A stretch of DNA of 64,000 nt from Adineta vaga. Lineage: Eukaryota; Animalia; Rotifera. The notes under the pieces are model-generated. The model was not told the DNA's origin. It did no database searches and saw only the letters and a list, made by a program, of their open reading frames with translations. The stretch's first letter is position 1. Every line of letters starts with the position of its first letter. The position numbers and the translations under genes are program-made. The stretch is from positions 6,634,001 to 6,698,000 of the forward strand of contig CP075494.1 in the NCBI GenBank assembly GCA_021613535.1, read 5' to 3'. Shown here piece after piece: positions 56,094 through 64,000 of this stretch.

Positions 56094-57950
56094 ATGCATG
56101 CATCATCATTGATACCTATTTCTTTACCATCAGATAGTAAAGAGAAACTTGAAAATTTAATAAAAGATTTATCAAAAATTAAATGGGAAAAAGGTGAATA
56201 TTATTTTCATAATTTTATTGATTATTATCAATTACCTCAAATTATTCTTGTTGAACAAACATGGAATACAGAGTTTACGAAAGAACAATGGTTGTATTTA
56301 CAAACAATTTATGATCGTTATTTAATTACTGCTTCACCAATAACTAACAAACAGACAATTTCATCTGAAAAATATCTTATTCCTGATTGGTTTCAAGGTG
56401 AATGTCGTATTTTATCAAAAAGTCCGACATTAAAAAAACGTTGGTGGGTTTTTCAAGGTGCATTTGAATTATATCGTTTTGAATTACCACGTTCAATAAA
56501 AATTCTTTGTCATACACCAGCACATCTCAAAACAAGTAATGGTGAATGGAAGAAAATAGTCTTAAATAAAAATGCTTGTTTCAATGTTATACGACGTGAA
56601 AAATATCAATCACGTGTAAAAAATAGTAAAGATGAATTATCTATTAGCGAACCAAAAGAAGCATTTATTATTGAAGATCCAACAAATCATGATGAATTTA
56701 TTATTCCACCTGGTGTTCCACTTCGCTTTGCAACATTAATTAAAGAACATGAATTACATGTACAATATCAAAATCATACTGGAAGTTTTACATTTCCAGA
56801 AATTCTTATGCGTTATGAATTTCCTCTTGATATAGAAATTCAAACACATTTACCAATTGATCTAATGAATTTTAAAGCACAAATTAAATTAGAAAAATTT
56901 TGTGTAGCAAAAACGATTTTAGCTTATATTCTTGATAGTGAACAACCTCGAATGGTTGAACTTTCTCCTTTAACTCAATTTACGATTCGTTGTGCTAAGT
57001 AAACTTGAAAAGAAGTTATGTTTAGTTTGAAAGATATTTTTATTACTTAGATGTTTAACATATGGTTTACCACAACAAGATGAGAAATCTAATGAGAAAT
57101 TTGACGAAAAAGAATATCAAGCTTATGAAGATGTTCGAAGTAAAATGAACACTGTTTTTGATAATGTAGCAGAAATCTATCGAGGAAAAATTCAAGTTGG
57201 TACTGCAGAAGAAGTATGTAATTCATTCTTGAATTGAATATTTCTTTTTAATCAAAATACATTCTTAGGTTGAATGTATCGAGCGGGCATATGAACTTAG
57301 TGTGAAAATGTGGAATGATGGGAAAAAACCAATTGAACAAACTTATTTATCAGTTGAAGAAGCTTTCAAAGTTATAAAAGAAAATGTCAAAGAAGAAATA
57401 CCTAAACCTGAAATACAACCAAAACGATTTACTGTTCATGCGAGTGCCGATCCAAGTAACATTTAATTCTCCATTGTTTCATTTGTTTCCCTCTAATCTT
57501 TGTATTGCAGGTAATCCATACAATGAAGTTATTGATTATGAAAATATGGATGCTGTAAATAAAACTAATGAAGAACGATTATCAAAAAAAGATGAGAATA
57601 GATCGAAATCATTATCGAAACGATCATCAAGTTCAAAACGTCAACAACAACAACCACCACCTAAACAACCAGCTCTTGTTGTTCAACAATTACCACCACC
57701 AATGTTATTACCTCCGTAAATATTCAATGAATTTTATGAAAAGAAAGGTTTTCTTATTGCTTCCATTTCAGAGAATCATTTGAAAAGACGATTAAGGCAA
57801 TTCCAGAAATACTCTATACTGAATTTCTTCCACCGACTAAATCAAAGTAAGAATATTGCTCAATTTATCATTGATGTTTTCTTTCTTACTTTCTTTCTTT
57901 CTTTCAATAGAAAATCCAGTAAATCTAGCAATCATGAATCATCTAAATAA
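56094..57950 (+). CDS. CABIT-domain adaptor (GAREM/THEMIS-like), 6 exons
   Basis: CABIT-like motifs FIDYYQLPQII, YLIPDWFQGECRIL, FELPRSIKI and FPEILMRYEFPLDI, followed by a tail containing YENM and Pro-rich segments. Spliced to stop TAA 57948-57950. The family call rests on motif recognition only. Confidence 0.65.
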
Positions 57951-58194
57951 CTTGAACTTTTAAGAAACTTTACTTTATTTTCGAAGAAAAAAAAATATAT
58001 ATAGTAAAAAAAACACACAACGTTTGTATTATGTTAAAGAAGATCGATGTGCAACTATACACAAAATTAAAGGAAGATAAGCTGCTAAAATATAGTTGAA
58101 AGTTGTATTATTTACAATAAATATACATATCTATTAATGAAAAGATAGAGCAGAAAAAAAACTATCACATAGAAAGAAAGAAGATAATTATCAA

Positions 58195-61100
58195 TTAACA
58201 TTTGGTATCATCATTTTGATCTTCTTTAATATGTTCAAGTTCTTCATATTCACCATGTTTATATTTATGTCTTAACTAAATAATAAAATAGGTTTTAGAG
58301 AAAATATAAGTAAAGAAAAATAGTACTTACTTCATGCATAAATAAACAAGAAACATTCATATCTAATTGAGCAGCACTTGAAAAAGTTTGTAAAGGTGCC
58401 ATTGAACCGGAGAAATAAGCTGAATTCGATGATTCAAACATTTGTGCATGAATTCTATAAAAAGAAAAGAAAAGAAAAGAAAAGAATAGAGGAATAATAG
58501 AAACCAAAATATTAGTTATACTTTGAAAGAACACCCAATGGTGCAAGACTTCGATATGGTAAATCAGCTTTTGATGCACTACTTTGAGCAAGTGAAGTAG
58601 ATGGTAATTGAGTTGACATTTGAATAGATGTATGTGGTAAAGAACCAAAATGAGAATATGTATTGGAATTATTTAATACTTTTGGTACTACCGATGATGT
58701 AGCTAGAAAGTAAATGTGAGTCATATCAGTATCCTTCAGTACTTAAATAACTATCTAGTTTGTCTAATGAATATCAATAATAATATGTAAATCTTACTTT
58801 GTGAATCATTATAGACACTTCGTTGTAATTGACCAAGTGATTGTTGTAAAACGGATGATGTTTGCATATTCTCCAAAGCTAAAAATACAACAGTATGTTA
58901 ACAAAAGAAAACTATAAGTTCAGTTTTAACCTCGTTCTTGTATCTTTTCGAGGTAAACTTCACATTGTTTTGGCATTTGCCATTTCGGATTTGTATGATG
59001 AAAATGCATTAATGATAATTCTAATTTACCATCATTTGTAATTCCTGCATCATTTTCTGGTTTAGCTCGAACTGGCGCAAACCACTATGTAACAAAAAGA
59101 AGTCTTATTAATTCTATCATAAGAAGAAAAAAAGTGTCTGTTTACTTTCAAATCACCATGTTTACCAACATCAAGTTGTGCAAAACTACACACATCACCA
59201 ACTCCTTGTACATCGACTGTATAATTTCGTAAGAAATCAATAATTTGTAATGATTTTCGACGTAAATGAAAGCACAAAATAATTGGTGTTACGAATGGAC
59301 TAAGTAATTCTTCAAGAAAATACACCTTGAATTAAAAGAAGAAACAAAATAATTTACAAAGAAAATTGAAGAGAAAACACAAAATTTACGTATTTCAATT
59401 GAAATATTTGTCCAAATTCACTTTGAACATAATCGGTATGTGCATGATCTTTCCAGGAATCAGGTTGATAATGAGTATGTGCAAGAACAAATTGTAACAT
59501 TTGTTCAGGATCGAAAACAGCATTCTAAAATATGAACAACAAGTTTCTATTTAAGCAAAATTAAAATCAATTGATCTGATTTATACTTCATCAGGTATTA
59601 AAGATCGACATACACCAAGTACAACTCCTAAACCAGTCATTAATGTTAACATATGTTCAACATTAAGTACATCTTCATCAACAATTGTTAATAGAATTAA
59701 AGCAGCTAAAATTGCACCGGCTGTAAAACTAATAAATCTAAAATAACAAAACAGAAAATTTCCGTATAGTCAAAGTGAAAAAAATCAATCGAATAGAAAA
59801 TATGTTACTTTGCTGTTTCAACAATACTGTAATTAACAAAGGATGTCATATAACCCATGGCTGGTTTATAACCACGATTTAACCGTTGATTCAATGAATG
59901 ATCCAGTTCATTAAAATGTCGTAAATAGAGTCGACCATAATTGCTCCATCGACGACTACCTAATACACCAGGTTCACGTCGAACAAGCTGAAGATTTCAA
60001 AAGTTTATGAATACATATTTTTGTTTTCGACAAACAAGAAACACTTTTATTTACTTCGGTATAACCATAAAATAAATTTAAAACTTGCCAAATAAATATA
60101 AATGGAGAAAGAAGAAGATTAGCAATACCATAAATTAGAATAAAACGTGATAATCTAAAATATTTTTGTTTTATATAAACGAAATAAATATTTTGATCAA
60201 AAAAAAACAAAACATACTGATTAGCTAAAGCTTCACGTTGACTATGAATTTTATATTCTTGTCGAAGATGCCATCGTTGATCGAAAGGTGAATACGGACC
60301 CCCTAATAGAATAAGAAAGATATATCTTACAGCGATACTAAAATTATTCAACAGAATTTTCCTCATAAGACTGTAATTAGAATACCGATAGAGTGAGTGC
60401 AATCAATTTCACATTCTATTTTATGTATCCCAAGAGATTTTGTTAAATAAGTCATTACTTACAGAAAAGAATTAAACGTAGATTAAATTTCAAGCCAGCT
60501 GTAAATGAAATTCTAGATAAAATTCAATCGAATACAAATTATTCTTTTTGTATATCAACTTACATATCACCTATAATCGGTAGATGCATTCTTAAAGGTA
60601 AAATTCCTTTGTTTACCAATGCTACTTCATAATTTTTAAAGCGTAACAATCGATTATGTATGTCCAATTCTGTTAAATTTGATTTATGTATGCATAAATG
60701 ATGTGTTCGTTGAGCAATTAATAATCGTTGTTGAACTTCATGCCATGTCATATTTGGTAGATCATTCTAAAATCACTATTCTTATTAAAACTATTCAATT
60801 TCAACAAATTCTTTCAAACCGGTTTTATGTCTAAAACTTGAGTATAAAATGATCGTATATTAAAATATGATGCTAGATTATACACGGCCCGAGTGAAACG
60901 ATAAATCCAATAGATAATTGAAAGTATAAGACACCAAGATGTTATTCGATACATACTATAAATACGGACGAAAATAAAACAGATGATGTATTTTAGATCA
61001 TAAATTTTTACTTATGAAGACATTGTTTAGGTGATTGAATGACTTGATGAATCTGTATTTTATCTGTCATATTTCTTGCTGCTGGACTGGAGCGAAATAG

Positions 61101-61513
61101 AAGTGGATAATCAACACATTGAACGAGAAGAATTGTAAATGAAACAATAAATACAAATTGTCTAGATTTGAACGAAAGAAAAGAGATGGTTCTCAAACAG
61201 AAGAACATCATTTCTTATTAAACTTACATAAGACCAAAGATTTCGGAAATAGCTATACAAAGGAAACCATGTTTTTGATGGTATTGATAGATTCGAACAA
61301 AGAAATCATCTAGATCTCTTTGATGACTCCATTTCGATTCTAAAAGAAGAAGAAGAAGTGAATTAATCAGACAAAAATATTAATATCAATAATCATACGT
61401 CTTTCATGAGTATTTTCATTTTCTTGTGTTTCAAATTGTATAAATGGAGATAATGTTTGTTCGTGTCCATCAAAAACATCATTCTCATCATTATTCACCG
61501 TTTCATAATCCAT
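58195..61513 (-). CDS. ATG9: Autophagy-related protein 9 (lipid scramblase), multi-exon
   Basis: WSHQRDLDDFFVRIYQYHQKHGF; LTELDIHNRLLRFKNYEVALVNK; GVLGSRRWSNYGRLYLRHFNELDH; LEELLSPFVTP; IIDFLRNYTVDVQGVGDVCSFAQLD; GKLELSLMHF. Confidence 0.95.
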
Positions 61514-62603
61514 ATTAAAAACTGTTCATTGATTTTAAAAATATCTGAAAATTGTTATTTTCAAATTCGCACAAAAGTTAAACAGGTTATTACGAAAGAT
61601 CGAGCGTAAATGCAGAATATAAGATTTCGATAATATAGGTGTCGTGTTTTATTTTTCTCAAACGACTTTTTAACAAACATGTTATTAGATATTTTCGAAA
61701 GGGGAAGAAAAAGGAAATATGCTAAGCTTTCTCTACACCCTCAAATATCATAGAAAAACTAGTGATATAAGATCAAAAGTTATACAGATATTACATGAAT
61801 GTAAATATGTTTTTCAATGTAATATACGACTCAGGTGATTTGAATATATAAGTAATAGATAATGTATTTAAACCTTTCGTTGTTTTCTTATCTTTCGATT
61901 ATGAAACTCAACATCGACGTACACTAAATTAAATAAAACTCTCAGTTTTTATTCGATAAATACTTCTTCACTCTTATTCTCCCGATAAAATGTCATTTAG
62001 TATGACGTCTTTCCTAAGAACAAAACTCTCATAATGACTCTTATACATCTTACTAAACATTACAATTAATTTGTGCGTATTTAAGAATATTATAATTACT
62101 CATGTGAAAATCCTATTTCGTTTATTTCCCATTGTGCTCCTAACCCGGTAAGCAATCCTAATTAAAGTCTGATAAGATTGTTTAATGATTTAAATCCTAC
62201 AATCAATAATATTATTCTAACAGATATATTTGACAATGTATATCTGTAAAAATCTTACTACACAGATTAATTATTTTTCAAGCAGCTGAGTGTTTCGCAC
62301 GCTCAGATGACCATCTACAAATTTCATTGGTTGATTTTCAACCAATAAAATCTATTCAATCAATCCTCTACGAAAAAATTTATATTCATTTCAGTTTTTT
62401 TTTCGAGAATAGAGTTATACTTTCATTGGTAGTCTTTTTATCCATATATCGAAACTTGTCAAGCAAAAAAAAACTTGAACAAACTTTTATACGTACGACC
62501 TTGCCTTTAGCTGTAAGCGATATCCTTCCTTCGAGCATCGCTATTGGCATTAAGACGATAGATATAAAAGAGAAAAGAAATACGATAACTTACTGTTGTG
62601 TTG

Positions 62604-63380
62604 ATGGCTAATAAATTAAATCCTCATCAAAGTGTACCAATTAAATTAGTAATAGTTGGTGATGGAACTGTCGGCAAAACTTGTATGTTAATTTCATTTA
62701 CAAGTAATACATTCCCGGAAGAATATATCCCAACAGTGTAAATCAAATCAATGTATTTTTATTTACAACCTATTAATTAATGTTTTGTTTTAGTTTTGAT
62801 AATTATACATCGAATATCATTGTTGATAATGTTAAAGTTTCACTTGGTTTATGGGATACAGCTGGTCAAGAAGATTATGATCGACTTCGACCATTATCCT
62901 ATCCTCAAACGGATGTATTCGTTCTTTGTTTTAGTGTAATTAGTCCAACATCATTTACAAATATAATTAATAAATGGATGCCTGAAATTCGACATCATTG
63001 TCCAGATAAGCCAGTTATTTTATGCGGTTTGTTATTGAATAGGTTTTACTCTATTTTTTTTCAATGTAATGATTAATTCATTTTTTAGGAACAAAAATTG
63101 ATTTACGTGAGGATCGAGATTTTGTTAATCAGTTACAAAAACAAAATATTCAACCAATTAAACGTGAACAAGGACAACGTTTATGTAAAAAAATTCGTGC
63201 TTCTAAATATGTTGAATGCTCAGCATTAACACAAAAAGGTCTTAAACAGGTTCGTGTTTATGTCGATAAAGTAACATCTTTTCAATTTTCTTTGTTTTAA
63301 AGGTTTTTGATGACGCTGTTCGTGCTGTATTATCACCAAAAACAACCAAAGTATCCAAAGCATCATGTCTTTTATTATAA
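62604..63380 (+). CDS. Mtl: Rac-related GTPase of the Mtl/MIG-2 subfamily (4 exons)
   Basis: [13 protein letters not shown] (Mtl/MIG-2 signature), YIPTV|[61 protein letters not shown]. Confidence 0.88.
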
Positions 63381-63564
63381 ATAGAAGATACGAGAATGTT
63401 TGAATCTCATTTAATACCGTTTTTCTTTTGTTTTTTATTCATTTTTTTAATCTTTCCAATTCTTTTTTACGCAAAACTATAACACAATTTTGTTTTCATA
63501 TAATGCATGGGTTTTTGTTTTGTTACTATGAAATAAATTTTTCTTTAGATATTCATACATCTGA

Positions 63565-63942
63565 ATGCCTGTAAAAGAAGTCTACTATAGTGATTCATAC
63601 AAAGATGATATATATGAATATCGGCATGTCATTTTACCACCTGAACAAGCTCAAATTGTTCCACGAACTCATTTACTTACCGAAACAGAATGGAGAAATT
63701 TAGGTAGGAAGATTCTAAGAAGAAAGTGTGTGAATGAAACTTGTTGTCTCTATAGGATTACAAATGTCTGCTGGATGGACACACTTTATGAATCATAATC
63801 CAGGTATGAATGAGAAGGCTTCATTTTTAAATTGATGATCTTATATTTTCTTGTAGAGATATAATCAAATTTGAGTATTCTTTTCGTTTTAGAACCACAT
63901 GTTTTAATTTTTCGTCGTCCATTGAATTTCTCCATAAAATGA
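63565..63942 (+). CDS. Cks1: Cyclin-dependent kinase regulatory subunit Cks1/2 (3 exons)
   Basis: VYYSDSYKDDIYEYRHVILP...HLLTETEWRNLG|LQMSAGWTHFMNHNP|EPHVLIFRRPL, stop TGA 63940-63942. Confidence 0.93.
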
Positions 63943-64000
63943 TTTATTTAGATCGTCTTAGTTTGTTTGTATATCGAAATCGTCGTCAGATATAATATGT

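Overview
This is AT-rich, gene-dense eukaryotic (animal) DNA with mostly ~50-60 nt GT-AG introns. That architecture, plus a one-exon-per-repeat F-box/LRR gene, fits a bdelloid rotifer (inference). The ORF track is fragmented by introns, so I spliced gene models by hand. There are 18 protein-coding genes, in order: 3' end of pyruvate dehydrogenase kinase; two tandem divergent Rap1 paralogs; a minimal Mps1/TTK-like kinase; RasGRP/CalDAG-GEF; an inactive DPP6/10-like protein; tyrosine decarboxylase; a DEP-only DEPDC1-like protein; fuseless-like; an F-box/LRR gene; Myt1 kinase; BCL9/legless; cullin-3; an antisense alpha2delta/CACHD1-like gene nested in a cullin-3 intron; a CABIT adaptor; ATG9; Mtl/MIG-2 GTPase; and Cks1. 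I saw no RNA genes, CRISPR arrays or intact transposons. The best leads are the array of seven 84-nt LRR cassette exons, the nested Cache/VWA gene, an operon-like Mtl-Cks1 junction, two alternative DPP6/10 first exons, and several domain-stripped regulators. None of these is demonstrated to be a new system.
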